DNA of 64,000 nt. Source: Thermoplasmatota archaeon. GTDB lineage: Archaea; Thermoplasmatota; Poseidoniia; Poseidoniales; Thalassarchaeaceae. The position numbers were made by a program, and so were the translations under genes. The notes under the pieces are model-generated. The model was not told the DNA's origin. It was given only the letters and a program-made list of their open reading frames with translations, and did not search any database. Location: NCBI GenBank assembly GCA_036251765.1, contig JAZANL010000025.1, positions 667 to 64,666 of the forward strand, in the 5' to 3' direction. Below, one piece after another: positions 1 through 10,043 of this stretch (position 1 is the first letter of the stretch; each line of letters begins with the position of its first letter).

Positions 1-403
1 AGATGTAGTAATCATGGAGAGCGGAGTCAATGCAGCTGGAAACCTAATTGAGTGCAACGACAACGGTGCGGTGGTTAGCCCAACGATCCCAGAAGCAGGG
101 GCAGAGATGATTTCTGACGTCCTGGGGGTGAAGGCGATTAGATCGCAGGTCGCTGGTCACGGCACCGTTGGAAGCATGATTGTTGCAAACAACAAGGGGG
201 TCCTGGCACATCCAGACGTAAAGACGTCAGAGGTCGAGGCAATCGAGTCTGCATTGGGTGTTCCGGTAATGGTTGGCACCGTAACCTTCGGCTCACCTTT
301 CGTAGGTGCTGGTTGCTGTACTAGCGACTCCCACGCCCTGGTTGGATCTGGCTCCACAGGTCCTGAATTGAATCGAATTGAAGACGCTCTGGGACTAATT
401 TAA
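1..403 (+). CDS. eif6: Translation initiation factor 6 (aIF6), 5'-truncated by window edge
   Basis: GNLIECNDNGAVVSP, VGSMIVANNKGVLAHP, GTVTFGSPFVGAG, STGPELNRIEDALG are eIF6 pentein repeat motifs. Confidence 0.93.
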   Translation, partial: DVVIMESGVNAAGNLIECNDNGAVVSPTIPEAGAEMISDVLGVKAIRSQVAGHGTVGSMIVANNKGVLAHPDVKTSEVEAIESALGVPVMVGTVTFGSPFVGAGCCTSDSHALVGSGSTGPELNRIEDALGLI

Positions 404-1623
404 CCTTGAAAAACCCCGTAATCAACGTTGTTCTTATCTATTTTGGAACTAACCTCAGGCATTGGATACTTCAAACCTGTTGCAGTGTTGAAGAGCACCA
501 CAGACTCGCTCCTTGAGACCAATCCAGATTGCAATGAGTTCCGATATGCCGCCACCGTGGCAGCACCCTCTGGGCACAGAAGCAGACCCTCACTAAGGCC
601 AATCTCATTCTGTATTTCTATGGTCTCCTCATCAGTTACAGAGATTGCAAAACCCCCTGAAGACCTGACTGCATCTAGGATCAGGAAGTCTCCAAGGGCC
701 GAAGGCACTCGGATTCCAGAAGATATGGTTTCAGCATTCTCCCAGTAGTCAGCAAACTCGGCCCCTTCTTCCCAGGCTCGAACAATTGGTGCGCAACCCG
801 TGGATTGAACAGATACCATTCTAGGCAATTTATCTTCTATCCACCCAAGCTCGATTAATTCATGGAACCCCTTCCACATCCCAATAATTCCAGTTCCCCC
901 ACCAGTTGGATAGAAAATGACGTCCGGTAGGCTCCAATCCATCTGCTCGGCGAGCTCCAGACCCATCGTTTTCTTTCCCTCAATCCTATATGGCTCCTTC
1001 AGTGTTGAAACCGCGAACCAGTCAATATCATTAGAACCATCAGCTATTATTTTCCCACATTCCCCAATTAGCCCATTGACGATGTGAGTGCTAGCACCTT
1101 GCATCTGGGTTTCTCTGACATTTATCTCCGGGGTGTTGTCCGGGCACAAGACGGTACACTGAATCCCCGCTCTTGTTGCATAAGCAGCCAATGCAGAACC
1201 GGCATTCCCATTAGTTGGGATGGCTAGATGCTTAACTCCCAATTCCTTTGCCATAGAAACCGCCATCCCCAATCCTCTTGCCTTGAAAGATCCTGTTGGT
1301 AGTCTCGACTCATCCTTAACAAATACAGATTCTACTTCTCCTCCAAATATCGATGCCGAATTATCAAGTGAAATCAAAGGAGTGACCACCTCTCCGAGTG
1401 AAACCCTATTCTGTTCCGACTCTACTGGAAGCAGAGGCGCGTATCTCCAGAATCCCGCGTCCTTCGACTGTTCAATAGAATCCCGCCCGACCTCGGTAGA
1501 GATCCTTTCTAGATCGTACTTCACAACTATCGGCTTTCCTATTTCAGAAACCGTGTGAATCTTGCCGAACTCGTATTTCTTCCCCGAGTATGCGCATTCT
1601 AGATGACTAACGTAACCGCTCAT
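400..1623 (-). CDS. thrC: Threonine synthase family PLP enzyme
   Basis: LPTGSFKARG PLP-lysine motif, PTNGNAG, EGKKTMGLE, PTGGGTG. Confidence 0.85.
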   Translation of the reverse strand: MSGYVSHLECAYSGKKYEFGKIHTVSEIGKPIVVKYDLERISTEVGRDSIEQSKDAGFWRYAPLLPVESEQNRVSLGEVVTPLISLDNSASIFGGEVESVFVKDESRLPTGSFKARGLGMAVSMAKELGVKHLAIPTNGNAGSALAAYATRAGIQCTVLCPDNTPEINVRETQMQGASTHIVNGLIGECGKIIADGSNDIDWFAVSTLKEPYRIEGKKTMGLELAEQMDWSLPDVIFYPTGGGTGIIGMWKGFHELIELGWIEDKLPRMVSVQSTGCAPIVRAWEEGAEFADYWENAETISSGIRVPSALGDFLILDAVRSSGGFAISVTDEETIEIQNEIGLSEGLLLCPEGAATVAAYRNSLQSGLVSRSESVVLFNTATGLKYPMPEVSSKIDKNNVDYGVFQG

Positions 1624-1661
1624 GAATCCGAAATAGGCAGATGTCCAATGAATTTACCGCT

Positions 1662-1895
1662 CTAAACAGCCGTTGGTGCCACATGGTCATCGCCCTTCGT
1701 TCCAGAACTTCTTACCCTTGACCAGACTTCCACCATTAGTCGATCATGGCACTTTTTGCAGTAGTTGAATCTCTCATACGCTTCCCTGAAAGAGTAGGCC
1801 TTATTCCCACTAGAAACAAGAAATCCCTTAGGCGATAGCCTACTAACTATGTCCGACTTGCTGTCGCAGTTTTCGAAGTCACATTTAGGCATCAT
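1662..1895 (-). CDS. Small hypothetical Cys-rich (probable Zn-binding) protein
   Basis: 77 aa, CxxxxC and CxxC; start overlaps the BCCP stop codon (ATGA coupling). Confidence 0.55.
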   Translation of the reverse strand: MMPKCDFENCDSKSDIVSRLSPKGFLVSSGNKAYSFREAYERFNYCKKCHDRLMVEVWSRVRSSGTKGDDHVAPTAV

Positions 1896-2302
1896 TCCTC
1901 AACTCCCAAGGAATTACTTATCTCCATTAGGGGCATATTAGCTTCGACCCTCTCTCCTGGCTTGCACATGACCTTCTTCACAGTGCCGTCTATACTCGAC
2001 TTAATCTCATTTTGCATCTTCATCGCTTCAAGGACTATTACTACGCTACCCGCCTCTACTTCATCTCCCTCTGACTTCATAATCGCCACTATCTTACCGG
2101 GAATTGCAGAAGAAATAGCCCCAGTTCCCGATCCCCCAACACTCTTTGTCACACGTCTCTTTCTAGACTTCTTCCTCTCGCCATCGCCAACCTCAACAAT
2201 GTAGGTTCTGCCTTCGATAGAAACTTCCCAGTTCCCCTCTTCCAGACTAACTTCGACTTCGAACTCTTCCCCGTCAACAGTGACTTTCCTTTTTTCAGAC
2301 AC
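1892..2302 (-). CDS. Biotin carboxyl carrier protein
   Basis: EAMKM biotinylation motif; GTG start at 2302 after AGAGGTGA RBS. Confidence 0.93.
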   Translation of the reverse strand: MSEKRKVTVDGEEFEVEVSLEEGNWEVSIEGRTYIVEVGDGERKKSRKRRVTKSVGGSGTGAISSAIPGKIVAIMKSEGDEVEAGSVVIVLEAMKMQNEIKSSIDGTVKKVMCKPGERVEANMPLMEISNSLGVEE

Positions 2303-2306
2303 ATTA

Positions 2307-2513
2307 TCACCTCTTGGCACTCCTGATTGCTCTTGCTTTAATCAAGGAAGCCTTCCCCACTGCCATCCTCCTATGAGAAACTGACCAAGAACTACCCCTC
2401 TCTCGACCTAGAGATGGTTTTATTGATTCACCTGACATATTTTCTATCAGTACGGATGAGATTACCGCAGCAATGATTCGCATGTCTCTTTCTTCCTTGC
2501 TCATGTTTCTCAC
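2307..2513 (-). CDS. Small acyl-CoA carboxylase accessory (epsilon/PccX-like) subunit
   Basis: 68 aa between carboxyltransferase and [12 protein letters not shown] helix followed by S-W-x4-R pattern. Confidence 0.6.
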   Translation of the reverse strand: MRNMSKEERDMRIIAAVISSVLIENMSGESIKPSLGRERGSSWSVSHRRMAVGKASLIKARAIRSAKR

Positions 2514-4063
2514 AACGGAATGTTCCCATGTTTCTTCTCGGGGCGGGGTTCTTCTTTCTCCAGAATTGCACCCAAAGCTTTGACCAACACAGACCTAGTC
2601 TCGGATGGCATGACTACATCATCGATGTATCCCAGTGCCGCAGCCTTGTACGGATTTGCAAACGTCTCCTCATAGTCGTCAACAAGCCTCTCCCTCTCTT
2701 GATCGGGGTTTCTTGAATTCGCTATCCTGCGTCTGTGAATAATTTGCACTGCACCCTCTGCACCCATAACAGCTAGTTCTGCAGAAGGCCAAGCAATGTT
2801 GTAATCTCCTCTGATGTGCTTGGAAGACATTACGTCATACGCCCCCCCATATGCCTTCCTCGTGATAACCGTGAGTTTCGGAACCGTCGCCTCAGCAAAT
2901 GCATAGAGAAGCTTGGCCCCGTGCCTAATTATTCCGCCCCATTCTTGACTTGCTCCCGGAAGAAAACCAGGGACATCAACAAATGTTAGTAGTGGTATAT
3001 TGAATGCGTCACAGAATCGAACAAATCTTGCCGCCTTTACAGATGCGTCAATATCGAGACACCCAGCTAAGTGCATCGGTTGATTTGCAACAATTCCGAT
3101 CGATTGCCCACCAAGCCGGCCCAGTCCGATGATGATATTAGGGGCATAACCATCTTGAATCTCTAAGAAACTCCCATTGTCTATGGTTTCCTCGATAACC
3201 TCCAGCATATCATACGGTATTCCAGGGTCCTCCGGGACTATCGAGTCTAGAGATTCACATTTCCTATCAAGAGAATCATTGGTATCTGAAACAGGCGCCT
3301 TTTGTAGGTTGTTCGACGGAATTAGGCCCACTAACTCCCTAACTATCTCCAATGCATCGCCATCGTCTTTTGCCGTAAAGTGAGTAACGCCTGATTTTGT
3401 GGCATGAGTGGAAGCCCCCCCCAGTTCTTCAAACCCGACTTCCTCATTAGTTACAGTCTTGATTACCTCTGGCCCCGTAATGAACATGTGCGATGTATCC
3501 TCGACCATGATCACGAAGTCCGTTATTGCCGGGGAGTATACTGCACCACCTGCGCATGGTCCCATGATAACTGATATTTGGGGTATCACTCCACTAGACC
3601 TAACATTCCTAAAGAAAATCTCTGCATAGGACCCCAGACTTGCAACTCCTTCCTGAATCCTTGCTCCTCCACTATCGTTCAATCCAATTACTGGAGCACC
3701 TGTCTTTACTGCCATGTCTAGAATCTTGCAAATCTTCAAGCCATGCATTTCTCCCAGGGAGCCACCGTAAACAGTAAAGTCCTGCGCAAAACAATAGACG
3801 AGCCTGCCATCAATCGTACCATGACCACAAACCACTCCATCCCCGGGTATCACGTTCCTATCCATATCGAAATCTCTGCACCGGTGCTCTACCAAGGCAT
3901 CAACTTCACAGAATGAATCTGGATCAAGCATCTGCTCTATTCGTTCTCTGGCAGTCATCTTTCCCTTGGCGTGCTGTGCTGAGATGCGTTTCTGCCCACC
4001 TCCAGACTGGGACTTAGACTTACGACGCCTAAGGTCCTCAATCTTGTCGGAGTTGCCACTCAT
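2510..4063 (-). CDS. pccB: Acyl-CoA (propionyl-/methylmalonyl-CoA) carboxyltransferase subunit
   Basis: [38 protein letters not shown]-terminal KKHGNIPL; start placed at MSGNSDK. Confidence 0.93.
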   Translation of the reverse strand: MSGNSDKIEDLRRRKSKSQSGGGQKRISAQHAKGKMTARERIEQMLDPDSFCEVDALVEHRCRDFDMDRNVIPGDGVVCGHGTIDGRLVYCFAQDFTVYGGSLGEMHGLKICKILDMAVKTGAPVIGLNDSGGARIQEGVASLGSYAEIFFRNVRSSGVIPQISVIMGPCAGGAVYSPAITDFVIMVEDTSHMFITGPEVIKTVTNEEVGFEELGGASTHATKSGVTHFTAKDDGDALEIVRELVGLIPSNNLQKAPVSDTNDSLDRKCESLDSIVPEDPGIPYDMLEVIEETIDNGSFLEIQDGYAPNIIIGLGRLGGQSIGIVANQPMHLAGCLDIDASVKAARFVRFCDAFNIPLLTFVDVPGFLPGASQEWGGIIRHGAKLLYAFAEATVPKLTVITRKAYGGAYDVMSSKHIRGDYNIAWPSAELAVMGAEGAVQIIHRRRIANSRNPDQERERLVDDYEETFANPYKAAALGYIDDVVMPSETRSVLVKALGAILEKEEPRPEKKHGNIPL

Positions 4064-4165
4064 GGAGTTTGGTGGGGGCAGGCCGCCCATGAGCATTCCT
4101 AAAGTGGGGTCGATTCCATCTTCCGGTTGCTTGAAGGCGTATCACCATGTGCAACTAGTTGAAAC

Positions 4166-4603
4166 ATGCGTGTTGTTATTGCTAAACCGGGTCTTGATGG
4201 CCATGATAGAGGTGCCAAGGTAATCGCTAGAGCGCTTAGAGATGGGGGTCACGATGTCATCTACACCGGTCTGAGGAAAACCCCTTCAGACATTGTTAGG
4301 ATCGTGAATGACGAAGATGCAGAAGTACTAGGGCTATCGACTCTTTCCGGGGCCCACGACTCCCTCATCCCAAAGATTTGCGAGGGGCTTAGGCAAGGGG
4401 ATCTCGGCAAAGTAATTGTCTTTGCAGGCGGAATAATCCCTGATCGAGATCTAGAACTTCTCTATGAATCGGGGGTTCGGGCTGTTTTCGGGCCCGGCAC
4501 TCCGACTTCAGACGTCCTGGCATTCTTGGATGAAGCAATCCAAAGGAAAGAAAAAAACGATCCAATAGGAGTTGGAGACGATTTGGGGTGGCACTGGAAT
4601 TGA
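4166..4603 (+). CDS. Methylmalonyl-CoA mutase, cobalamin-binding small subunit
   Basis: KPGLDGHDRG (DxHxxG), SxLxGxH, GGIIP, FGPGT. Confidence 0.93.
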   Translation: MRVVIAKPGLDGHDRGAKVIARALRDGGHDVIYTGLRKTPSDIVRIVNDEDAEVLGLSTLSGAHDSLIPKICEGLRQGDLGKVIVFAGGIIPDRDLELLYESGVRAVFGPGTPTSDVLAFLDEAIQRKEKNDPIGVGDDLGWHWN

Positions 4604-5481
4604 GCAATATTTCCGAACTCATTGAACTAGCAAAGTCCGGAGACCGTCGAAGTTTGTCTAGGCTAATGACCAAGGTTGCAGAGTCGGAAAACGAACTAAA
4701 CCTTGAATCAGACACCATCTGGACTTTGGGAGTAACAGGCCCCCCTGGATCGGGAAAATCTACTCTGATTGGCAGATTGGCGAAGCATTGGGCAGAAAGA
4801 GGAGAGAGTGTAGCAATCTTGGCCGTTGACCCCACGTCACCAATCTCGGGAGGTTCATTTCTCGCTGACAGAATTAGGATGGGGGAGGGGGATTTGGGTG
4901 AAAGGGTGTTCGTCAGGTCTATTGCTTCGGGAAATAGCCCGGGAGGTATTTCTCCACGAATTTGGCCTATGTGCCATGCACTATCCCTCTGTGGTTGGAA
5001 ACGAATATTGATAGAAACTGTAGGAACAGGGCAATCTGAGTTCCGAATCGCCGCACTGGCTGATAGGCTTCTCCTCGTCGATGGTCCAGACAGGGGCGAC
5101 ATAATTCAGGCAGAGAAGGCAGGCATTCTGGAGCTAGCCGATGTAATTGCAGTGAACAAATCCGACCTACCCGGAGCGTCTATGACCGCTCAGAGCATTC
5201 GAACTTCTCTGGAACTCTCGGATGGTGACTCTAGGGAGGTCCTCCTAGTCTCCGCTCTAGAAGGAGTTGGAATAGGCGATTTAGTCTCAACAATAGAGGC
5301 CTGTGAACCGCATAGGGGCAAAAATAAGGTCATAATGAGGGAGATGCTAATTTCTGAATGGGATTCAATTTTGGTTTCACACCCAGAAATCGACGATATT
5401 GTCGCACAATTATGTGACAGTTCAATAACTATCGATGAAGCGATAGAATTACTAATTTCAACCATTAACGATAGCAGGTAA
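4588..5481 (+). CDS. meaB: MeaB/ArgK GTPase, mutase chaperone
   Basis: GPPGSGKS, AVDPTSPISGG, ETVGTGQ, NKSD; adjacent to the B12-binding subunit. Confidence 0.9.
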   Translation: MALELSNISELIELAKSGDRRSLSRLMTKVAESENELNLESDTIWTLGVTGPPGSGKSTLIGRLAKHWAERGESVAILAVDPTSPISGGSFLADRIRMGEGDLGERVFVRSIASGNSPGGISPRIWPMCHALSLCGWKRILIETVGTGQSEFRIAALADRLLLVDGPDRGDIIQAEKAGILELADVIAVNKSDLPGASMTAQSIRTSLELSDGDSREVLLVSALEGVGIGDLVSTIEACEPHRGKNKVIMREMLISEWDSILVSHPEIDDIVAQLCDSSITIDEAIELLISTINDSR

Positions 5482-5485
5482 TAAT

Positions 5486-6133
5486 ATGAAAGACGGGCAA
5501 AACGACTTCTTTGTTGATCATGTTGGGCACTCAATTGGGGGTATGGGAGGGCATGCTTTCAGACGCCTAACTCATGTTTCAATGGCATCAATCCCATACC
5601 TATACTACGTGCATGGAGAGGCAATATCGTCATACTTCTCCCTGGAACCAAGCGAATTTGTCAGTGTAATTTGCATACTTATTCTTGTGATCGAGGCAAT
5701 ACGACTCAAAACCGGCATTGTCATAGTAGGACAGAGAGAATACGAATCCAACCAGATTTCCGCCTTGGCTTGGGGGGCATTGGCAGTAGCACTTGCCCTT
5801 CTGATAGCACCATTGGGAGAGCCCCTGGGGAGTATGCAAGCAGGGTTGTATGGGGCTCCAATAATTCTGGGCATGACTCTGGTGGACCCGGTTATGGGGG
5901 AGGTAAAGAGGACGAAGAAAGATCTTCGGGCAGCAATTATCGTAGGATTAGCCGTTTCTTACACAGTTTGGATGGGCTGTTATTACTGGATTGGAACCGA
6001 TTTTATCGCAGCGCTGTTGCTCGCCCCACTGACGGTTCTGGGAGAGCTCCCCCCTACTCGGGAGATCGATGATAATGCCACCATGATTCTTTTCCCCCTT
6101 GTCGGTCTCGTCCTAATACTGCCTTTCTTGTGA
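5486..6133 (+). CDS. Polyprenol (dolichol/phytol) kinase-like membrane protein
   Basis: RRLTH, IEAIRL, QREYE, DPVMG, IDDNA motifs; multiple TM segments. Confidence 0.6.
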   Translation: MKDGQNDFFVDHVGHSIGGMGGHAFRRLTHVSMASIPYLYYVHGEAISSYFSLEPSEFVSVICILILVIEAIRLKTGIVIVGQREYESNQISALAWGALAVALALLIAPLGEPLGSMQAGLYGAPIILGMTLVDPVMGEVKRTKKDLRAAIIVGLAVSYTVWMGCYYWIGTDFIAALLLAPLTVLGELPPTREIDDNATMILFPLVGLVLILPFL

Positions 6134-6184
6134 TTCCACTCCCGTCATGTTTACATCCTAATTTCATGCCCCAAGGCCGTGGAA

Positions 6185-6310
6185 ATGGAGGATAACGACA
6201 CGAACTCATCGACCGAGATGTGGGAATCTCCATTGGGGCAGAGCACATACATGTTCATCTGGGCCCTCGCCTCATTGGCTTCGTTCGCTATTTTCTTCAA
6301 GTATTTCTAG
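6185..6310 (+). CDS. Small single-TM protein (41 aa), not in ORF track
   Basis: Hand translation MEDNDTNSSTEMWESPLGQSTYMFIWALASLASFAIFFKYF*; fills the intergenic gap. Confidence 0.5.
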   Translation: MEDNDTNSSTEMWESPLGQSTYMFIWALASLASFAIFFKYF

Positions 6311-6605
6311 AATTGCGGATCTTCTCTTCAACGGCTAGGAGGATAGTCTTGCCAGAAATTCCCCCAGGCCCACTGTAACCCCCAACGCTTCCATCTGAGC
6401 GAATGACCCTGTGGCAAGGGATTGAAATTGGAACAGGGTTGGAGCCACAAGCATTCGCAACTGCTCTGTAAGAGCCAGGCCTTCCAATTGCAATTGCTAT
6501 GTTCTTGTAAGTGCTGGTCTCTCCGGGTGGGATTTTGGTAATCTCTTCCCACACCATTCTCTGAAAGGCGGTCCCTTGGATTTCTAGCGCTATTTCTTCT
6601 CCCAC
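6297..6605 (-). CDS. ogt: Methylated-DNA--protein-cysteine methyltransferase (MGMT, C-terminal domain only)
   Basis: GTAFQRMVW, IPPGETSTY, RAVANAC, IPCHRV active site; GTG start at 6605 overlaps the upstream stop. Confidence 0.88.
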   Translation of the reverse strand: MGEEIALEIQGTAFQRMVWEEITKIPPGETSTYKNIAIAIGRPGSYRAVANACGSNPVPISIPCHRVIRSDGSVGGYSGPGGISGKTILLAVEEKIRNSRNT

Positions 6606-6880
6606 AATTCTTCGCCTTCCAACTCTTCCATTCCGACAATCTCGTAGTTTGATGGGAATAGGGCTATTGCGATTCCGATAACAATGCACCCAATACCGAA
6701 CCAGAAAGAACCCCTGATCATCAACTCCATCCCAATGGCGAATAGGATTAGACCTCCCAGGTTAGAGACCCAAACAAGAGTCTTGAATGTGGAAAGAGAA
6801 ACCCCACTTGCCCTCTTGGTCCTATGGGGGCCGAACTCTGCACCGAATCTAACCGGATCGTCATCAGCCAACTTGTTCAC
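6590..6880 (-). CDS. Small 2-TM membrane protein in the Rieske/cyt b operon
   Basis: Two hydrophobic helices; ATGA overlap with the ferredoxin gene. Confidence 0.7.
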   Translation of the reverse strand: MNKLADDDPVRFGAEFGPHRTKRASGVSLSTFKTLVWVSNLGGLILFAIGMELMIRGSFWFGIGCIVIGIAIALFPSNYEIVGMEELEGEELWEKK

Positions 6881-7209
6881 CTATCTATCATTATGATGGC
6901 ATCCGTTGGGCACGCTAGGACGCAAATCTTGCAACCAGTGCAAGGATCTCTCAGAATCCTGGCCTTCCTGTTCACATCAATATCCATTATGGGGCTTGCT
7001 AGCGGGGTGTCATAGAGCTCTATGGCGTCGTCTTCGCATACGATGGTGCACTGATCGCACCCTATGCATAATTCCTCCTTGACCCAAGCGACCGCGTCCT
7101 CACCACCTTTGAGTAAGGCCTCCTCCTCTGCTCTAACCGAGTTTAATTGAACTCTGATTCTGGATTGCTCTATCAGCCTTCTCTTCAGTACGTCACTAAC
7201 CTTGGTCAT
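6877..7209 (-). CDS. 2x[4Fe-4S] ferredoxin with N-terminal helical extension
   Basis: CIGCDQCTIVC and CTGCKICVLACP; start at MTKVSD, 11 nt after the upstream stop. Confidence 0.88.
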   Translation of the reverse strand: MTKVSDVLKRRLIEQSRIRVQLNSVRAEEEALLKGGEDAVAWVKEELCIGCDQCTIVCEDDAIELYDTPLASPIMDIDVNRKARILRDPCTGCKICVLACPTDAIIMIDR

Positions 7210-7220
7210 GCACCCTGCTC

Positions 7221-10034
7221 CTATGTTCGTGACTCTTCTATCTGTCTCGCAAGGAAGCTGACAACGTCCAGAATCTCGAAGTCGTGACGAGGGTCTCCCT
7301 CGAACTTCAAGCATTCGAAGTGAGCTACACACTTGGGGCAGGAGGTAAGCATGATGTCTGCACCGGTGGCCCTCACTTCGTCGAACCTCTGGACTCTGAG
7401 TGCCCTGCTGTTCTCATTGCATGACATCATGCTTGATACTCCGCAGCAGAGGGCATCTTCTCCAGTGTGCTCCATCTCAACTAGATTGACTCCATCTACA
7501 GAGCCAACGAGGTCACGTGGCTCATCGTAGATGTTCATCTGCCTGCCTAGGCGACATGGGTCGTGATACGTCACGGTCACCTCGTCGTCCGTCTTCAGTT
7601 CCATGTCAAATCCATTCTCGATTAGGAACTCTGTAGTGTGCATGACCTTCATGTCGTCTAACTCGTAGTCTAGTGCGAATGTCCTGAAGCACTCCGCGCA
7701 AGATGTTACTAGGGTCTCGATTCCGCTCTCGCCCAACTTCTTCTGGTTGTACGACTTGAGCTTCTCGAAGACTTCGGTCATTCCCTGCCACTTCTGATCG
7801 TGTCCACAGCACTTCAGGAAGTCCCTACCAAGGTACGTTACTTCCTCGCCCATTTCCTCGAAGATAGTGAATGCGGAAGTAGTGGCATCCCCAAGATCCA
7901 TGCTTCCCTTATTCACATGGCTGAACACCATTTCTTGGTCAATGTAGTCGACGCAGCCAGGGTAGTATCCAATGCTGGAGTCAAGCGGATAGTCCTCAAC
8001 GGGAATGAATGCATCATCAGCATCTTCCTCTGCCTCTGCGGCTAGAACGGCCTGAAGGACAGTGTGTGGAATCTCGGTAGCAGGCGGACCTCCGACAACG
8101 AGGTTTCTCCTGATGTCGATATATGAGTCATAATCAACAAGCTGTGGGCATGCGTTAGTGCACGCTGTACAGGTCAAGCAGGAGTAAAGTGGGACTCCGT
8201 CGTCTTCGTTGTTCCATGTGTTGTATATGATGTTCAGCTTGTCACCAGCGTTGAACAGCCTTACCGGGCACGCATCATCACAAAGGTCGCAGCCATAGCA
8301 CTTGTTCATCTCCCACTCGTAGCCCCTAGCCATGCTCCTTAGCATAACGAAGACAAGTGCTCCCACGCCCAGGCATGGGATGAACATGGAGTAGATTAGC
8401 TTAGCATCCAGGCTCTTCGGATTCTTCTCGTAAGTCGGATTGGTGATTGACATCTCGGACAACTCCTCGTCACTGAGGCCAACTTCGGAACGGATTACAG
8501 CCGTACCATCCTCGGCGAGTAGAAGTGGTTGATACGCGACTGCAGAGAAGTCGGAAATCATCGTGACGCTTTCGTTGACCCCTTCTGAAGTGGTAGTGAA
8601 GGTTATGGTGTATGAAAATCCAGAGTCTAGGTATATTGTCCCGGAGTCGCAGGATGCCCCCTCATTCATCCATAGCGTCTCGCCAGCTTCATCGGTAAGC
8701 ACGAGACTCTGCGTGTGCAAACCAGCCCCGCGAACTGTGGTTCTGAAGTTACAACCTACGTCGGTCGGCACGCTCGCGACTCCCAAGTTTTCTACTTCGA
8801 ACTGAATTGACTCTGTGATTTCGATAACGGATCCGTCTTGCGCTCCTTCGTATATTATCTCGTTAGCACCTATGTTCCTGGAAGTTTGAGAATCGGCATG
8901 GCCGTTGGCTCCGCTGAAGTCGATAATCTTGCTTCTTGTAGGCTGGAATATCCCCCAGTTAACCCAATGCTTAGCCGGAATTACGCACCATTCGCTATGT
9001 TCAGTTCCCTCTTCCATCGAGTCCCAAGCAGAAAGTGAACTCGTTTGCTCGTAAGGCAGGCAATCATCCTCCCATTCCTCCCAAACGGGAACCTCACCTG
9101 CATGGATTAGCGTATCTCCTGGCTGGCCTCTTATGCCGTCTAACTCCTCTATCTTGGCATCGTATTGGTACTCCCAGAACCCCATAGTGCCCAATCCTCG
9201 CTGATTCCAGAATCCGTTCTCGTACACAGGCCATGTTACTGTGCACAAAAGTACTGTAGCAACCAAAGACCCAACTGCCACCTGTCTTCCCAATACTGGA
9301 GTTAGTCTGGATCCCAGGGGGCCAATCAGGAATTTCCTCACCGAGAAGTAAAGAACAGTGAAAATGAAAACCCCCGTGAGTATCCATGGAATTGCATTGA
9401 ACACTTCCGCGGTCCATGGCGATTGTGTGCCGCAATTGAAACCGCCATGGGCGCTAGACCAACAATAGTCGGTCCTATTTTGAGCATACATTTCCAGGAA
9501 GATGTTTATTGAGAACACGGAGATGAACCAGACGTGAGCGAGATATACTGCCCCAGCCGTCGCAAACCAGGGGTCCTCAACCCCCCTCTTCTCCCTTTTT
9601 CCAATGATGAATGGGGGTAGTGCTAGTATTCCCACTGGTAGTCCGGTGATCATTGCACCCCAGACTCCAGCATTCCAGGAAACAATCGGTTGCCCGAAGA
9701 ACTCACCTATGGGGCCAGCGGGTATGTCGAATTGAGGTAGGTATTCGCCCCACCTCAGATAACCGTAGGAGAACAAAACATACCAATCTGGAAAGACGAA
9801 TCCGGCCTGGGCATATGGGTCTGCTGCATTGTGCAGTGGGGGCGGTATGATCCACGAGTAGAATGCGATCACCATGACAATGGCTGCGAAGATGATTGTG
9901 TCTCTGAGGACTTCAGTGGGCCAGAAAGCATGCCCTGTGAACACCCTCTTCCGTTCTTCTTCTGCTCCCAGCAACTGCTCCTTCTCATCGATGTAGGTAT
10001 CAGCAATCCTCCCAAATCTCTCTATCATGCCCAT
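7221..10034 (-). CDS. Fusion: cytochrome b6 subunit IV (PetD-like) + extracytoplasmic domain + HdrC-like 2x[4Fe-4S] + two CCG domains (HdrD/GlpC-like)
   Basis: AFWPTEVLRD and PDWY; CYGCDLCDDACP and CLTCTACTNACP; YYPGC..KCCG..TSCAEC and YHDPC..LCCG..TSCPKC. Confidence 0.88.
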   Translation of the reverse strand: MGMIERFGRIADTYIDEKEQLLGAEEERKRVFTGHAFWPTEVLRDTIIFAAIVMVIAFYSWIIPPPLHNAADPYAQAGFVFPDWYVLFSYGYLRWGEYLPQFDIPAGPIGEFFGQPIVSWNAGVWGAMITGLPVGILALPPFIIGKREKRGVEDPWFATAGAVYLAHVWFISVFSINIFLEMYAQNRTDYCWSSAHGGFNCGTQSPWTAEVFNAIPWILTGVFIFTVLYFSVRKFLIGPLGSRLTPVLGRQVAVGSLVATVLLCTVTWPVYENGFWNQRGLGTMGFWEYQYDAKIEELDGIRGQPGDTLIHAGEVPVWEEWEDDCLPYEQTSSLSAWDSMEEGTEHSEWCVIPAKHWVNWGIFQPTRSKIIDFSGANGHADSQTSRNIGANEIIYEGAQDGSVIEITESIQFEVENLGVASVPTDVGCNFRTTVRGAGLHTQSLVLTDEAGETLWMNEGASCDSGTIYLDSGFSYTITFTTTSEGVNESVTMISDFSAVAYQPLLLAEDGTAVIRSEVGLSDEELSEMSITNPTYEKNPKSLDAKLIYSMFIPCLGVGALVFVMLRSMARGYEWEMNKCYGCDLCDDACPVRLFNAGDKLNIIYNTWNNEDDGVPLYSCLTCTACTNACPQLVDYDSYIDIRRNLVVGGPPATEIPHTVLQAVLAAEAEEDADDAFIPVEDYPLDSSIGYYPGCVDYIDQEMVFSHVNKGSMDLGDATTSAFTIFEEMGEEVTYLGRDFLKCCGHDQKWQGMTEVFEKLKSYNQKKLGESGIETLVTSCAECFRTFALDYELDDMKVMHTTEFLIENGFDMELKTDDEVTVTYHDPCRLGRQMNIYDEPRDLVGSVDGVNLVEMEHTGEDALCCGVSSMMSCNENSRALRVQRFDEVRATGADIMLTSCPKCVAHFECLKFEGDPRHDFEILDVVSFLARQIEESRT

Positions 10035-10043
10035 CTTATCACC

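Noticed and set aside
1662..1895. CKKCH as a cytochrome c heme motif
   Set aside because: No signal peptide or TM, and a second Cys pair suggests Zn binding
6297..6605. ogt as a functional part of the respiratory complex
   Set aside because: Overlap suggests co-transcription only; no mechanistic link, and such hitch-hiking is common in compact genomes
7221..8320. Hdr-like domains as evidence of methanogenesis
   Set aside because: CCG proteins are widespread; no mcr, mtr, hdrA or mvh genes in the window and the context is heterotrophic
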